A stretch of 64,000 bases of DNA from Desulfuromonas sp. (GCA_002869615.1 PKUH01000106.1:6158-70157); one strand, 5' to 3'; positions 47,937 to 59,034 are shown, counted from the first letter of the stretch. A program made the numbers and translations. The notes: generated by a model not told the origin, from the sequence alone.

Positions 47937-47976
47937 ACTGGCGATCGGAGCTGCAGGTCTGATCGCCAGTTTTCTT
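47937..47976 (+). terminator. Rho-independent terminator after the cytochrome gene
   Basis: ACTGGCGATC-(14-nt loop)-GATCGCCAGT followed by TTTCTT. Confidence 0.8.
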
Positions 47977-48068
47977 ATTGATCTTCCTTTCAAATTTACA
48001 GATAATCAGATAACGAACAAGTTCACAAATTATTTCTCTTTTTCTATAAAGGATAAAGGGTACAGACA

Positions 48069-49157
48069 GTGAAATATCGAGCACATAAAACATTAACCAG
48101 CAGCTTTTGCAGGGTAATAATCGTTTTTTTATTATCGAGCCTGATGTCGGCTTGTGCCACCAAACCAGTGGAGTATACGCTCTTCCCACCGGAACCAGCG
48201 GCGCCGCGCATTCAGTTGCTTAAGCAATTCCATAACGGCTCGACCCTTAAAGAAGACAACAAGCTTTTTGATTTTATAATTGGGGATACCGGATCTGATT
48301 CCTTATCAAAAGCTTTCGGCCTCACCTTTAAGGACGGTAAGCTTTTCATCGTTGATTCCGGTAAAGCATCCCCTAGTTATTTGATAGTCGACTTTGATCT
48401 TTCCACAATGGAGAGACACGCCGGACAGCTTATAAAGCCAATTCATATATCAATAGACGCTGAAGGTAACCGTTATATCTCCGACACTGTTAACAGAGCC
48501 GTGATAGTATTCAATCAAAATGATAAATATCTCAGAAAAATCAAATTAGATGAAAAGAATTTTTGGCCAACCGGTTTGCAAATAATAGACGACAGACTTT
48601 ATGTATCAGACCTAAAAGCCAACCTGATCAGGGTTTTCGATAAAGATACCGGTAAGTTGCTGAACACCTTTGGCCAGAATGATCGACTTGGCTGGCCGAC
48701 CTCAATTTCCCTGATGCCGAATGGTAATCTTCTTGTCACTGAAACACTCGCAGCTGCACTTCGCCTCTATACAAAGGATGGTACTTCGATCAAACAAATT
48801 GGTTCTCCCGGAGACCGGGCCGGTAATTTTGCCCGACCAAAGGGGACCGCGGTCGATAAAAACGGAAACATCTATGCTGTTGACGTCGCTTTTCAGAACG
48901 TCCAGATTTTGAATACCGATGGTGACCCACTCATGTACTTTGGTTCGACCGGTGACAACAATTCTCTCTGGATGCCGGCCGGCATTGCGATCAGTTACGA
49001 TGTCCCCGAAGCATTGAAAAAGCTAGCTAAGCCTGGATTTAACATTGAATACATCATTGCAGTATCGAGCCAGGGCGGCCCACATATGTTGTCCAAAATT
49101 TCGGTTTACGGTTTCGGCAAGCAAGAAGGCATCGATTACAGCAAGGATGGTGACTAA
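48069..49157 (+). CDS. NHL-repeat six-bladed beta-propeller lipoprotein
   Basis: GTG start, signal with lipobox-like LMSAC, and repeated NHL-like blades (..GNRYISDTVNRAVIVFN.., ..DRLYVSDLKANLIRVFD.., ..GNLLVTETLAAALRLYT.., ..GNIYAVDVAFQNVQILN..). Confidence 0.8.
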   Translation: MKYRAHKTLTSSFCRVIIVFLLSSLMSACATKPVEYTLFPPEPAAPRIQLLKQFHNGSTLKEDNKLFDFIIGDTGSDSLSKAFGLTFKDGKLFIVDSGKASPSYLIVDFDLSTMERHAGQLIKPIHISIDAEGNRYISDTVNRAVIVFNQNDKYLRKIKLDEKNFWPTGLQIIDDRLYVSDLKANLIRVFDKDTGKLLNTFGQNDRLGWPTSISLMPNGNLLVTETLAAALRLYTKDGTSIKQIGSPGDRAGNFARPKGTAVDKNGNIYAVDVAFQNVQILNTDGDPLMYFGSTGDNNSLWMPAGIAISYDVPEALKKLAKPGFNIEYIIAVSSQGGPHMLSKISVYGFGKQEGIDYSKDGD

Positions 49158-49160
49158 AAC

Positions 49161-50894
49161 TTAACCTTCTGATTTACTACATACACCGCACCTTACACAC
49201 CCCGCCACACAGCGGGGTGTTGTCGTTTCAGCCTTAGCGGACTGATACTCACGCCAGAGATATTTTTTTTGCACGCGACTATCGAGGAGATCCCAGGGAA
49301 AATTTTCGTTTTGAGTTCTTTCTTGATGCAACAAGGATTCATAGTCGATTCCAGACTCCCGACAGACCTTTTTATATTTCTCACCGCTGGCGATTCTCTT
49401 TATCAGACCGGCCAACCGCCGGTCACCGCGCGACAGAAGCGCCTGCAGAATCGCCTCGCGTGGTGACTCGAAGGAGACCACGACGTTCGGCAGGCGGCCG
49501 ATTGCCGAACGGATCGCCTTGATCTTTTTTTTTAATTCCGCCTCGGTCGCCATCGGTGCCCACTGGAACGGCGTGAACGGCTTCGGTACGAACGGGTTGA
49601 TTGAAAGATGAATCGAGCCGAGCCAACCCCGCTTTTTGCCGGCTTCAATCCAGACCGTCCGGATCGCTGCGGTGAGATCGATAATCGCCGTAATATCGTT
49701 CTCTTCCTCCAGCGGCAGACCGATCAGGAAATAGAGCTTGAGATTCGGGATGCCGGCCCCGGCGATGCGCTTGACCGCTTCAAGTATCTGCTCCTCGGTG
49801 ACCCCCTTGTTAATGACTTTGCGTAACTTCTCACTCCCCGCCTCGGGCGCCAGGGTCACTGTTTTATGACCCGAAACCTTGAGCGCTTCAATATCGGCTG
49901 TAGTGATCGCATCGAGCCGTAATGACGCGACCGAAACGGCCCCTCCGTGATCGAGGATGTACTGTTCAATTTTGGCCAACTCCGGGTGGTCGCCAACCGC
50001 CGGGCTGACCAGTCCCTGCTTATCCTGCCAGCAGAGCCCGGCATCGATCTGACTCTTTAAACTCTCCAGGCTTCGGGTACGCGGCGGCAGAAACAGGAAC
50101 CCGGCGGCGCAGAACCGACAGCCACGTGAACAGCCGCGCGAAATCTCGGTCAGCGCCATGTCGCCGAATTCGGTAGCGGTCGTCTGGACAAAGTTACGGC
50201 TTGCGTTTTGCTCGAGGTCGGCGGCCCAGACCCGCCCGACTGGCAGCGGCGCGTTTTCGGAAACCGCCCAGCCGGTCAAACAACCGGCTGTATCGTATGT
50301 TGGTTGGTAGAGTGAGGGTATATAAATCCCGGGAAGACGACAGAGATCGGATAAAACGTTCTTACCAGACCCTTGGCTGAACAGTGCTGTGACGAGACCG
50401 GGAAGGATTGCTTCGGCTTCACCAATTGCAAAAAGGTCGATCACCTCGGCCAGCGGTTCCGGATTCATGAAGGCGCAGACGCCGCCGGCCAGCAGCAGTG
50501 GGAAGCTATCTCCTCGATCCCTGGAAAGCCAGGGTATACGACCCAGCTCAAAGATCACCGGCAGATTGAGGTAATCGTTTTCGAAGGAGAGAGAAAACGC
50601 GACCAGATCAAAATCGGTCAGGCTTCGCCCGGATTCCAGGGAAAAGATGGGTGTTCCTGTTTTTTTGTGTTCTTCCAGGTCTTCATGGTCCGGCAGGAAG
50701 AACCGTTCACAGAGCGTATCGTCCCGGCTGTTGAGCAGATAATAGACCGTCTGGAAACCGAGATTGCTCATCGCGTGATGATAGGTATTGGGATAAACCA
50801 GGGCAACGGTCAAACGCCCGCCCCAGGGGCTGGAGCGGATTCCGGATTCGGCGGCGCGCCGCTTTCGTGCTTTTGCCTGTAACTTGCGGGACAT
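49161..50894 (-). CDS. B12-binding-domain radical SAM protein (TIGR03960-like)
   Basis: 577 aa with the radical-SAM cluster motif CSRGCRFC and an N-terminal B12-binding-like domain. Confidence 0.8.
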   Translation of the reverse strand: MSRKLQAKARKRRAAESGIRSSPWGGRLTVALVYPNTYHHAMSNLGFQTVYYLLNSRDDTLCERFFLPDHEDLEEHKKTGTPIFSLESGRSLTDFDLVAFSLSFENDYLNLPVIFELGRIPWLSRDRGDSFPLLLAGGVCAFMNPEPLAEVIDLFAIGEAEAILPGLVTALFSQGSGKNVLSDLCRLPGIYIPSLYQPTYDTAGCLTGWAVSENAPLPVGRVWAADLEQNASRNFVQTTATEFGDMALTEISRGCSRGCRFCAAGFLFLPPRTRSLESLKSQIDAGLCWQDKQGLVSPAVGDHPELAKIEQYILDHGGAVSVASLRLDAITTADIEALKVSGHKTVTLAPEAGSEKLRKVINKGVTEEQILEAVKRIAGAGIPNLKLYFLIGLPLEEENDITAIIDLTAAIRTVWIEAGKKRGWLGSIHLSINPFVPKPFTPFQWAPMATEAELKKKIKAIRSAIGRLPNVVVSFESPREAILQALLSRGDRRLAGLIKRIASGEKYKKVCRESGIDYESLLHQERTQNENFPWDLLDSRVQKKYLWREYQSAKAETTTPRCVAGCVRCGVCSKSEG

Positions 50895-51000
50895 AAAAAC
50901 AGTCTACAGTGAACAGTTTCCAGTTGTCAGTAAAAACCGATCAACAAACATTGCCGGCAGCCTACTGTCAACTGGTTACTGCCAACTAGCTACTCGCATT

Positions 51001-51029
51001 AAAGAAAAAGGGGCTGCACAAGCAGCCCC
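51001..51029 (-). terminator. Rho-independent terminator downstream of ftsZ
   Basis: The minus strand reads GGGGCTGC-TTGT-GCAGCCCC followed by TTTTTCTTT. Confidence 0.8.
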
Positions 51030-51196
51030 GACGAGGGAGTCGTCATTACATAGCAGCCCGCTTCTCCTTGGTGCCGGGCGGAGTTCAGCAGAGAAGCGTC
51101 TGAATCAGAACATTCAATGTATACAGCGTGCGGCCGTCGACCGCGGTGTCAACAATTACGTTTTATTTCACCTTTTTTGCGTTCACAGTATGGAGA

Positions 51197-52351
51197 TCAA
51201 TCGACCCGCCTGCGGATAAAGGTCGGAATATCGTATTCATCATCACTGTTCACAGCCTGGCGCATTGCCCGGGGCGATTCCTTCTGCTTCATCCGGATAA
51301 AGGTCGGCAGGTCATGATTATCTTCCTTGATCGGCAGACCGACCGGGCGATCCTTCAGTTCCTCCTCGATTCTGCGGGTCTTGTCAAAGGCCGAGCCGAA
51401 GCCGGTCGCAATCACGGTCACCTTGAGATTATCCTCAAACTCTTCATCAACAACGATGCCGGAGATAATATTGGCATCTTCATGCGCCTTTTCATGAACG
51501 ATCCGCATGACCTCGTCGTAATCCTCCATGGTCATAGACGACGACCCGGAGATGTTGACCAGAACGCCCCTGGCACCGGAGATGTCGATATCTTCGAGCA
51601 GCGGACTGGCAATCGCTTCATGCGCGGCCTCGGCGGCACGGCGCTCTCCTGCAGCAAAGCCGATTCCCATCATCGCCATGCCACGTTCACTCATGATCGC
51701 CTTAACGTCGGCAAAGTCGACATTGATCAGGCCGCTGGTTGTAATCAGATCGGCAATCCCCTGGACCGCCTGGCGCAGGACATCATCGGCCGGCTTGAAG
51801 GCATCGAGAATACTCATGTTCTTGCCGGCCAATCCGAGCAGGCGGTCGTTCGGAACGACGATCAGCGAATCGACCACTTCCTTGAGGTTTTCCACTCCTT
51901 CGTCAGCCTGGGTAGCGCGCCGCTTCCCTTCCCGGCTGAACGGACGGGTCACAACCCCGACGGTCAGGGCGCCGGTCTCCCTGGCGACTTCGGCGATGAC
52001 CGGAGCAGCGCCAGTTCCGGTTCCGCCACCCAACCCGGCGGCGATGAATACCATGTCGGCACCTTCCAGCGACTCATAAATCCTGGCGCGATCCTCGAGG
52101 GCCGCTTCACGTCCGACTTCGGGATCGGCACCGGCACCAAGTCCCTTGGTCAGTTTTGAACCGAGCTGCATCTTCATCGGTGCCCGACTGTTGCGCAGCG
52201 CCTGGGCATCGGTGTTCGAGACAATAAACTCGACCCCTCCGACCTCTGCATTAATCATGGTGTTTACGGCGTTGCCGCCGCCGCCACCAACTCCGACCAC
52301 CTTGATCTTGGCGATCTGTTCCATACTGTCGTCAAATTCGAATACTGGCAT
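51197..52351 (-). CDS. ftsZ: Cell division GTPase FtsZ
   Basis: [11 protein letters not shown] tubulin signature and N-terminus MPVFEFDD...[15 protein letters not shown]. The ATG at 52351 follows GGAGGGAG, and the ORF-track ATG at 52363 lies inside that RBS. Confidence 0.95.
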   Translation of the reverse strand: MPVFEFDDSMEQIAKIKVVGVGGGGGNAVNTMINAEVGGVEFIVSNTDAQALRNSRAPMKMQLGSKLTKGLGAGADPEVGREAALEDRARIYESLEGADMVFIAAGLGGGTGTGAAPVIAEVARETGALTVGVVTRPFSREGKRRATQADEGVENLKEVVDSLIVVPNDRLLGLAGKNMSILDAFKPADDVLRQAVQGIADLITTSGLINVDFADVKAIMSERGMAMMGIGFAAGERRAAEAAHEAIASPLLEDIDISGARGVLVNISGSSSMTMEDYDEVMRIVHEKAHEDANIISGIVVDEEFEDNLKVTVIATGFGSAFDKTRRIEEELKDRPVGLPIKEDNHDLPTFIRMKQKESPRAMRQAVNSDDEYDIPTFIRRRVD

Positions 52352-52412
52352 AACTCCCTCCATCTGGTTAATGCCGGGCTTCTCCGCGTCCCGGCCTGCC
52401 TTGTTTATGAAC

Positions 52413-53642
52413 TTAAAAAAACTCGCCGAACCATTCCTTCATCCGGTTCGTAATTTTGTCGAAAATATTATCCTGGCCGATCGAAAAGTTTTTCGTGCTC
52501 AGGTTACGGCTGCCGTACTTGACGAGCCCAACCCCGGTGGCGTAGATCGGCGAATTCACCACATCGGTCAAACCGCCGATACCCATCGGCACCCCACGCC
52601 GCACCGGCAGGTTGAAAATCTGTTCGGCCAACTCCGGCATCCCCGGTAGTATCGAGGAGCCACCGGTAATGACGACCCCGGAGGCGATCAGATCTTCATA
52701 ACCGCTGCGGACGATATCTCGGTTGACCAGGGTAAAGATCTCTTCGACCCGCGGCTCGAGTATTTCGGTCAGCAGCTGCCGTGACAGGATTCGCGGCTCC
52801 CGCCCGCCGACCGATGGGACTTCGATCGTCTCGTCGCGACTGACCATCGAGGTCAGGCAACAGCCGCTTTGTTGTTTGATCTTCTCGGCTTCGTTCATCG
52901 GTGTGCGCAAGCCAACGGCGATATCGTTGGTCAAGTGGTTGCCTCCGAGCGACAGAACCGACGTATGCTTGATAGCGCCATCCACGAAAATGGCGATATC
53001 GGTTGTTCCACCGCCGATGTCGACCATGGCGACGCCGAGGTCCTTTTCATCCTGGGCCAGGGCCGCCTCTGAAGATGCGAGCTGTTCGAGTACGATATCG
53101 GCAACATCGACTCCGGCCCGGTTGCAGCTCTTGATGATATTCTGGGCACTGGCGACCGCACCGGTTACGATATGAACTTTCGATTCGAGGCGGACACCAC
53201 TCATCCCGAGCGGCTCCTTGATGCCGTCCTGATCATCGATAATGAATTCCTGCGGCAGGATATGGATCACTTCACGGTCCATCGGAATTGCAATCGCCTT
53301 GGCAGCATCAATCACCCGCCGGATATCCTCCTTGGTCACCTCGCGGTTTTTGATGGCTATGACGCCCTGCGAGTTGAAACCCTTGATATGACCGCCGGCA
53401 ATGCCGGCAAAGACCGACTTGATTTCACATCCGGCCATCAATTCGGCTTCCTGCAGTGCAGTCTTGATCGCCTCAACTGTACTTTCGATATTGATGACGA
53501 CACCCTTGCGCAGCCCTTTCGACGGGCTGGTCCCGATCCCGACAATATCGAGTCCTTCGTCAGTCAGGTTGCCGACAATCGCACAAATTTTCGTGGTGCC
53601 TATATCGAGTCCGACAATCAGATTTTCTTTTTTGCTGCTCAT
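52413..53642 (-). CDS. ftsA: Cell division protein FtsA
   Basis: 409 aa, actin-like ATPase ([28 protein letters not shown]). Confidence 0.95.
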   Translation of the reverse strand: MSSKKENLIVGLDIGTTKICAIVGNLTDEGLDIVGIGTSPSKGLRKGVVINIESTVEAIKTALQEAELMAGCEIKSVFAGIAGGHIKGFNSQGVIAIKNREVTKEDIRRVIDAAKAIAIPMDREVIHILPQEFIIDDQDGIKEPLGMSGVRLESKVHIVTGAVASAQNIIKSCNRAGVDVADIVLEQLASSEAALAQDEKDLGVAMVDIGGGTTDIAIFVDGAIKHTSVLSLGGNHLTNDIAVGLRTPMNEAEKIKQQSGCCLTSMVSRDETIEVPSVGGREPRILSRQLLTEILEPRVEEIFTLVNRDIVRSGYEDLIASGVVITGGSSILPGMPELAEQIFNLPVRRGVPMGIGGLTDVVNSPIYATGVGLVKYGSRNLSTKNFSIGQDNIFDKITNRMKEWFGEFF

Positions 53643-53661
53643 CGCTTCTCCCCTTCTCTAT

Positions 53662-54504
53662 CTAGCCTTTACCTGAGGTGAATTTCTGATCTATTTTAAC
53701 GATTACGCGATCACTGACATTCAGATCAATCCCTTTAAGCATCGGCAGTTTCGGTTCAAGCTCCGGATATATCCGCTCGAGCCGATCAAGCTTCCGGTCA
53801 TACTGCCGGAATCCGAGTTGAACCGGCACCCCGGATCTGTAGGTTGTCAGGATCACACCGTTTTCCCTGTCGACATGCACTTCCGAAACCTGGTCAAGTG
53901 TAAAAGTTGTCCGTTCAGCCAAACGATCGATTATCGCCATTGCCTCCTGCAACAGTTTTTTCCCATTTTCCGGAAAGTCGAGCAGATAGCTCCGCTCGAT
54001 GCCGGTTATGACCGGGTAGTCGAGACGGTCATCGGCTGCCAGCACCTTGAAGATCTCGGCGTTGCCATCAACATAGTAGAGGTAGCCGAGATTGATAATT
54101 GCCCGCGCCTCCCGCTCGGTGATCCGGATCACGATCTCACGTGGGAAAACCCGTCCGACTTCGGCCTTGGCAACCCAGGGATTCTCTTCAATCTTGCGGC
54201 CGATTGCTTCAAGATCGAGACGGAAAATATTGTCGCCGCTGCTGATATTTGATTCGGCGATAATTTCGTCCGCTTCGAGCCGTTTCAGGTTGAGGATCTT
54301 GACCTGCTCAACACCAAAGTATCCCGACTCAAAAAGGATCTGGGCCGCCAGCGTGGCGCCGCTCAGAATCAGCACGGTACTGCAGCTGAACAAAAGAAGC
54401 CGTAACGAGCGATGGAAAATACCTTTCCAGTCACGCTTCTTTTTACTGCCGATTCGCCGATTGCCTTTAATCCGGCGCTTTTTATGTCCTTTCAGATCGC
54501 GCAT
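53662..54504 (-). CDS. ftsQ: Cell division protein FtsQ (POTRA-containing)
   Basis: 280 aa with a basic N-terminus, a single TM helix and POTRA/FtsQ domains. It sits in the canonical position between ddl and ftsA. Confidence 0.85.
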   Translation of the reverse strand: MRDLKGHKKRRIKGNRRIGSKKKRDWKGIFHRSLRLLLFSCSTVLILSGATLAAQILFESGYFGVEQVKILNLKRLEADEIIAESNISSGDNIFRLDLEAIGRKIEENPWVAKAEVGRVFPREIVIRITEREARAIINLGYLYYVDGNAEIFKVLAADDRLDYPVITGIERSYLLDFPENGKKLLQEAMAIIDRLAERTTFTLDQVSEVHVDRENGVILTTYRSGVPVQLGFRQYDRKLDRLERIYPELEPKLPMLKGIDLNVSDRVIVKIDQKFTSGKG

Positions 54505-54520
54505 CCAATTCCAGGGGCTA

Positions 54521-55447
54521 TTATTTGTCGAGCCCCGCTCCTTCGAGAATCCTCTGCACCAGCTCCGGAAACGCTATCCCCGCCTCGGCCGCCGCTTTCG
54601 GCAGCAGGCTGGTCGCTGTCATTCCCGGTATCGTATTGATTTCAAGGCAGGAAAAATCTTTTTCCCGGACCATGAAATCGACCCGCACCGCCCCGGTGCA
54701 GCCGGTTAACCGGCAGGCCTCGACCGCGGCCTGCTGCAACCTTTCATAGAGCACCGGAGCATAAGGTGCCGGCAGGATATATTCGGTAGCGCCGGCTGTA
54801 TACTTGGCCTCGTAATCGTAAAATCCGCTTTTCGGAACGATTTCAATGATCGGCAGCGCTTCGCCATTCAGCACGCTGACGGTTGCTTCACTCCCCTTGA
54901 TGAAATCCTCAACCAGTATCTGCCGGTCATACTTCAACGCCTCGATTAACCCGATGCGCAGTTCCGCAGCGTCATCAGCGATGGTCATGCCGATGGTCGA
55001 ACCTTCACAGGCCGGTTTGACGATCAATGGAAAATGACGACATTTTTCAACGAATGCATCGATATCGTCTCCAGCTCGAAACACCATGTATTGCGGTGTC
55101 GGCAACTCGTGGTAGAGCAGAATTTTCTTGGTCATCACCTTGTCGATGGCCATACTCGAAGCGCGAACGCCGCTGCCGGTATAAGGGATAGCCATGGTTT
55201 CGAGCAGACCCTGGACCGTTCCGTCTTCACCGCCGCGGCCATGCAGAGCAATAAATGCGATCTCGACCCCTGAATCCTTGAGCTGTTGCGGCAGATCGGT
55301 AGCGGCGTCGATTTCAACTACGTTGTAACCGGAGGAAACCAGCGCCTGGCTGATCGCCTTGCCGGTCCGGAGTGAGACCTCGCGTTCAGCCGAGACACCG
55401 CCCAGCAGTACCCCGATTTTTTTCTGTTTGAGTTCGTCTCGCGTCAT
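54521..55447 (-). CDS. ddl: D-alanine--D-alanine ligase
   Basis: 308 aa, ATP-grasp fold. N-terminus KIGVLLGGVSAEREVSL, then HGRGGEDGTVQGLLE and the C-terminus NTIPGMT. Confidence 0.94.
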   Translation of the reverse strand: MTRDELKQKKIGVLLGGVSAEREVSLRTGKAISQALVSSGYNVVEIDAATDLPQQLKDSGVEIAFIALHGRGGEDGTVQGLLETMAIPYTGSGVRASSMAIDKVMTKKILLYHELPTPQYMVFRAGDDIDAFVEKCRHFPLIVKPACEGSTIGMTIADDAAELRIGLIEALKYDRQILVEDFIKGSEATVSVLNGEALPIIEIVPKSGFYDYEAKYTAGATEYILPAPYAPVLYERLQQAAVEACRLTGCTGAVRVDFMVREKDFSCLEINTIPGMTATSLLPKAAAEAGIAFPELVQRILEGAGLDK

Positions 55448-55454
55448 CTTCCGC

Positions 55455-56828
55455 TTATTCCTCTTCCAGCTTCCGGATCAGCTCTTCACCAACCTGCCAT
55501 ACGTTACCGGCGCCGAGGGTAATAATCATATCTCCCGACCGGACCTGCTCCTGCAGGTGCCTGACGACTGCGTCCTTATCAGCGATATAGGTAACATCCT
55601 TGTGGCCATGGCCGGCAATCCCTGCGCAAAGGTCTTTCGCCTCAACACCGGGGATAATATCCTCGCTCGCAGCATAGACGTCCATGACCACCAGTTTGTC
55701 AGCCTGGTAGAAAGCGGTCAGGAACTCATCAAACAAGGCCTGGGTGCGGGTATAGCGATGCGGCTGAAAGACAGCAACAACCCGCCGGTCCCAGCCGTTC
55801 CGGGCCGCCGCCAGGGTCGCCATGATTTCAACCGGGTGGTGTCCGTAATCGTCAACCACCATGATTCCATTTTTGTCATACTTGACCTGAAAACGCCGCT
55901 GCACTCCACCGAACTCATCGAGGCCCTCGGCAATGGTTGCAAACGGCAGCTCCACCTCCATGCCGACGGCAACAGCGGCCAGGGCATTCAGAACGTTGTG
56001 CCGCCCCGGCATGTGCAGGGTTATGCCGCCTAGCTTATGCCCGTTGTGATAGACATTGAACGCGGTTTTTTCGCCATCATGGACAATATCGCTTGCCTGG
56101 AAATCTGCCTGCCCGGTTAAACCGTAACTGATGAATCTCTTTTTGATCCGGGGGATACACGCCTGGATATTCGCATCATCGAGGCAAAGAACGGCCATTC
56201 CATAAAAGGGGACCTTATTGATGAAATCAATAAACGTTTCACGAATCTCGTTGAGATCCTCATAATAATCGAGATGATCGGCATCAATGTTGGTCACCAC
56301 AGCGATGGTCGGTGAGAGTTTCATAAATGTACCATCCGACTCATCGGCTTCGGCGACCAGGAACTTGCCCTGCCCGAGCTTGGCATTGGTCCCGAGAGAA
56401 TCAAGTCGGCCGCCAATAACTGCCGTCGGATCGATTCCTCCGTGCGACAATATAGTGGCAACCATACTTGTCGTTGTCGTCTTGCCATGTGTTCCGGCGA
56501 TGGCGATGCCATATTTCATCCGCATCAGCTCGGCCAGCATTTCGGCCCGTGGAATGACCGGAATCAGCTGCCGATGAGCTTCGACAACTTCCGGGTTGTC
56601 AGCGCGCACGGCGGTCGAGGTAACGACGACATCTACGTCCTGCAGATTCTTCTCATCATGCCCGAACGCAACTTCAGCTCCGAGTTCGGCGAGCCGGGAT
56701 GTCGTCTCTGATTTGGCAAGATCCGAACCGGAGACCTGGTAGTCGAGATTGAGCAAAACCTCGGCAATCCCGCTCATACCGATGCCGCCGATCCCGACAA
56801 AATGAATTTTCTTGATCTTTCCGTACAT
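55455..56828 (-). CDS. murC: UDP-N-acetylmuramate--L-alanine ligase
   Basis: 457 aa with [15 protein letters not shown] and [11 protein letters not shown]. Confidence 0.95.
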   Translation of the reverse strand: MYGKIKKIHFVGIGGIGMSGIAEVLLNLDYQVSGSDLAKSETTSRLAELGAEVAFGHDEKNLQDVDVVVTSTAVRADNPEVVEAHRQLIPVIPRAEMLAELMRMKYGIAIAGTHGKTTTTSMVATILSHGGIDPTAVIGGRLDSLGTNAKLGQGKFLVAEADESDGTFMKLSPTIAVVTNIDADHLDYYEDLNEIRETFIDFINKVPFYGMAVLCLDDANIQACIPRIKKRFISYGLTGQADFQASDIVHDGEKTAFNVYHNGHKLGGITLHMPGRHNVLNALAAVAVGMEVELPFATIAEGLDEFGGVQRRFQVKYDKNGIMVVDDYGHHPVEIMATLAAARNGWDRRVVAVFQPHRYTRTQALFDEFLTAFYQADKLVVMDVYAASEDIIPGVEAKDLCAGIAGHGHKDVTYIADKDAVVRHLQEQVRSGDMIITLGAGNVWQVGEELIRKLEEE

Positions 56829-56830
56829 AT

Positions 56831-57910
56831 TCAGGCTGCTCTCTTTTCGTCCATCACCTGGTGGCAGGTAGCAATTATTTTTTCAGCGACACCGCGGCGA
56901 CCGAGGCTTTTTGCGATCCGGGCCATACTTTTCAGCTCATCAGGCCTGGTAATCAGGTTCGCGATCAGGGCTGCAAGTTTGTCAGCATCGGCCTCTTCCT
57001 CGGCCAGCATCAAGGCGGCGCCTTTAACCGCCAGCGCTCTGGCGTTCGCACTCTGGTGATCGCCGGCCGCGTGTGGAAACGGAATCAGAATCGCCGGCCG
57101 GCCACAGGCGGTCAATTCAGCGACAGTCGTCGCCCCGGCCCGGCAGACAACCAGGTGGGCCTGCCGGTAGGCACTCGCCATATCGTCGATAAAAGACGTT
57201 ACCCTGGCATCCTTCCAGCCAGCCTGACGATACCTGTCGCTGACCCAGGCAACATCTTCTTCACCGGTTTGATGAATAATGTCGATCTGCCCCTGCCATT
57301 CATGCAGCAGTTCAATTGCTGCGGTCATCCGCTCGTTGATCGCCCGGGCACCGCGCGACCCTCCGAAAATAAGCAGGCACGGTCTCCCGTTTTCAATTTC
57401 GGGACAATCGTCAAGGCCACTGCGTAACGGGTTGCCGGTCAATTCAGCATTAGCGAAAGCCGATAATGTTTCTTCAAAGGAGACACAGACCCTGTCTGCC
57501 CAGCGCCCGAGCAGGCGATTGGTCAGGCCCGGTATGGCATTCTGTTCGTGTAGAACAACCGGCAACCGCCTGAGTTTTGCCGCAATCACCATCGGCGCCG
57601 AAGCATAGCCGCCGACTCCGATCACCAGATCAGGTTTGAATCGGTCGAGTACAGCCAAACCCTGTCTGACACTCCTGCCCAGCATAATGATGACCCCGAG
57701 TTTCGCTATTATCCCCTTGCCCATAAATCCTTTAACATCAACAAACTCCAGCTTGAACCCGAGTTTCGGAATGACTCCGGCCTCGATGCCCCTGGTGGTT
57801 CCGACAAACAGGGCTTCCGCCTTTTCGTTTTCAGCCAACAGTCTTTCGGCCAGCGCAACCGCCGGGAAAAGATGTCCGCCGGTGCCGCCGCCGGCCAGTA
57901 TCACCCGCAT
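56831..57910 (-). CDS. murG: Undecaprenyl-PP-MurNAc-pentapeptide GlcNAc transferase
   Basis: 359 aa with the N-terminus [16 protein letters not shown]. Confidence 0.95.
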   Translation of the reverse strand: MRVILAGGGTGGHLFPAVALAERLLAENEKAEALFVGTTRGIEAGVIPKLGFKLEFVDVKGFMGKGIIAKLGVIIMLGRSVRQGLAVLDRFKPDLVIGVGGYASAPMVIAAKLRRLPVVLHEQNAIPGLTNRLLGRWADRVCVSFEETLSAFANAELTGNPLRSGLDDCPEIENGRPCLLIFGGSRGARAINERMTAAIELLHEWQGQIDIIHQTGEEDVAWVSDRYRQAGWKDARVTSFIDDMASAYRQAHLVVCRAGATTVAELTACGRPAILIPFPHAAGDHQSANARALAVKGAALMLAEEEADADKLAALIANLITRPDELKSMARIAKSLGRRGVAEKIIATCHQVMDEKRAA

Positions 57911-59034
57911 CAGCGCAACTCTCCCGGAACCTGGCTGGAAATATTGAGCAGGATTCCGATGGCAAAAAGCGTTGTCAAAAGGCTCGTTCCGCCATACGAC
58001 AGAAACGGCAGCGCCAGCCCTTTGGTCGGCAGCATGCCGAGGACGACCGCGATATTGACGAAAGCTTCCAGCCCGAGCAGCAGGGTAATGCCGAAGGCCA
58101 GGTTCCGTCCGAACAGGTCGGGCGCGCCAAGCGTCGTTCTGATGCCACGCAGAATAAGGACCAGGAACATCGCGCTGACAATCAGCACACCGACGAATCC
58201 GAGTTCCTCACCGATTACCGAAAAGATAAAGTCGGTGTGCGCCTCCGGCAGATAAAAGAGTTTCTGCTTGCTCTCTCCCAGGCCCTGCCCGAACGGTCCA
58301 CCGCTGCCGAAGGCGATCCAGCTCTGGATAATTTGAAACCCGCTGTTGGTCGGATCATCCCAGGGGTTAAGAAATGACATGATCCTTCGTCGCCGGTAAT
58401 CGACATTCATGACAACGAAATAGAGAACCGGCAAAGTTGCAACGCCAACAAAAAACAGATAGCGGATTCGACTGCCGGCGATCATCATCATCACAATCGC
58501 AACCCCACCCAGGGTCAGGGCACTGCCGAGATCCGGCTGCGCCAGAAGCAGGCCAAGAACCACGACAAGCAGCAGGATATAGGGTAGAAAACCCTGCTTG
58601 AATGTCTGCAGCTTCTCTTCTTTTTTACTCAACGAGTAGGCCATAAATATAACCAGTCCCAGCTTGGTGACTTCGGCCGGCTGGATCGAGAAACCGGGCA
58701 ACCGGATCCAGCGGGCAGCCCCGCCGACATGTGAACCGATTCCCGGGACCAGAACCAGGACGAGCAACAGGATTGATCCGCAGAAAACAGGTACTGCCAG
58801 TTTTTTGTAATGGCGGTAATCAAACTGCATCGCAACCAGCATCACAACAAATCCGAGCAGGGCAAAAGCACCCTGTTTTTTCAGGAAAAAGAATCCGTCA
58901 GCATATCTCTTTTCAGCCATGATCGACGATGCGGAATAGACCATGACAACTCCGAGACAGGTCAGCACGACGCTGAGCAACAGGATCGAGGTATCGAATC
59001 CTCTACGGAGTTCCATTGCTGACGGCCTTTCCAT
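57910..59034 (-). CDS. ftsW: FtsW (SEDS-family peptidoglycan polymerase)
   Basis: FtsW/RodA/SpoVE family with 10 TM helices and the C-terminus LPTKGLALPFLSYGGTS. It sits in the canonical dcw position. The start is uncertain: 59034 or 59016. The ORF-track start at 59100 overlaps murD by 98 nt. Confidence 0.88.
   Translation of the reverse strand: MERPSAMELRRGFDTSILLLSVVLTCLGVVMVYSASSIMAEKRYADGFFFLKKQGAFALLGFVVMLVAMQFDYRHYKKLAVPVFCGSILLLVLVLVPGIGSHVGGAARWIRLPGFSIQPAEVTKLGLVIFMAYSLSKKEEKLQTFKQGFLPYILLLVVVLGLLLAQPDLGSALTLGGVAIVMMMIAGSRIRYLFFVGVATLPVLYFVVMNVDYRRRRIMSFLNPWDDPTNSGFQIIQSWIAFGSGGPFGQGLGESKQKLFYLPEAHTDFIFSVIGEELGFVGVLIVSAMFLVLILRGIRTTLGAPDLFGRNLAFGITLLLGLEAFVNIAVVLGMLPTKGLALPFLSYGGTSLLTTLFAIGILLNISSQVPGELR

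Noticed and set aside
51128-52159. Plus-strand ORF of 343 aa opposite ftsZ, plus ORF 50884-51219 in the ftsZ downstream region
   Set aside because: The first is antisense to ftsZ with no motifs. The second spans the ftsZ terminator and intergenic DNA.
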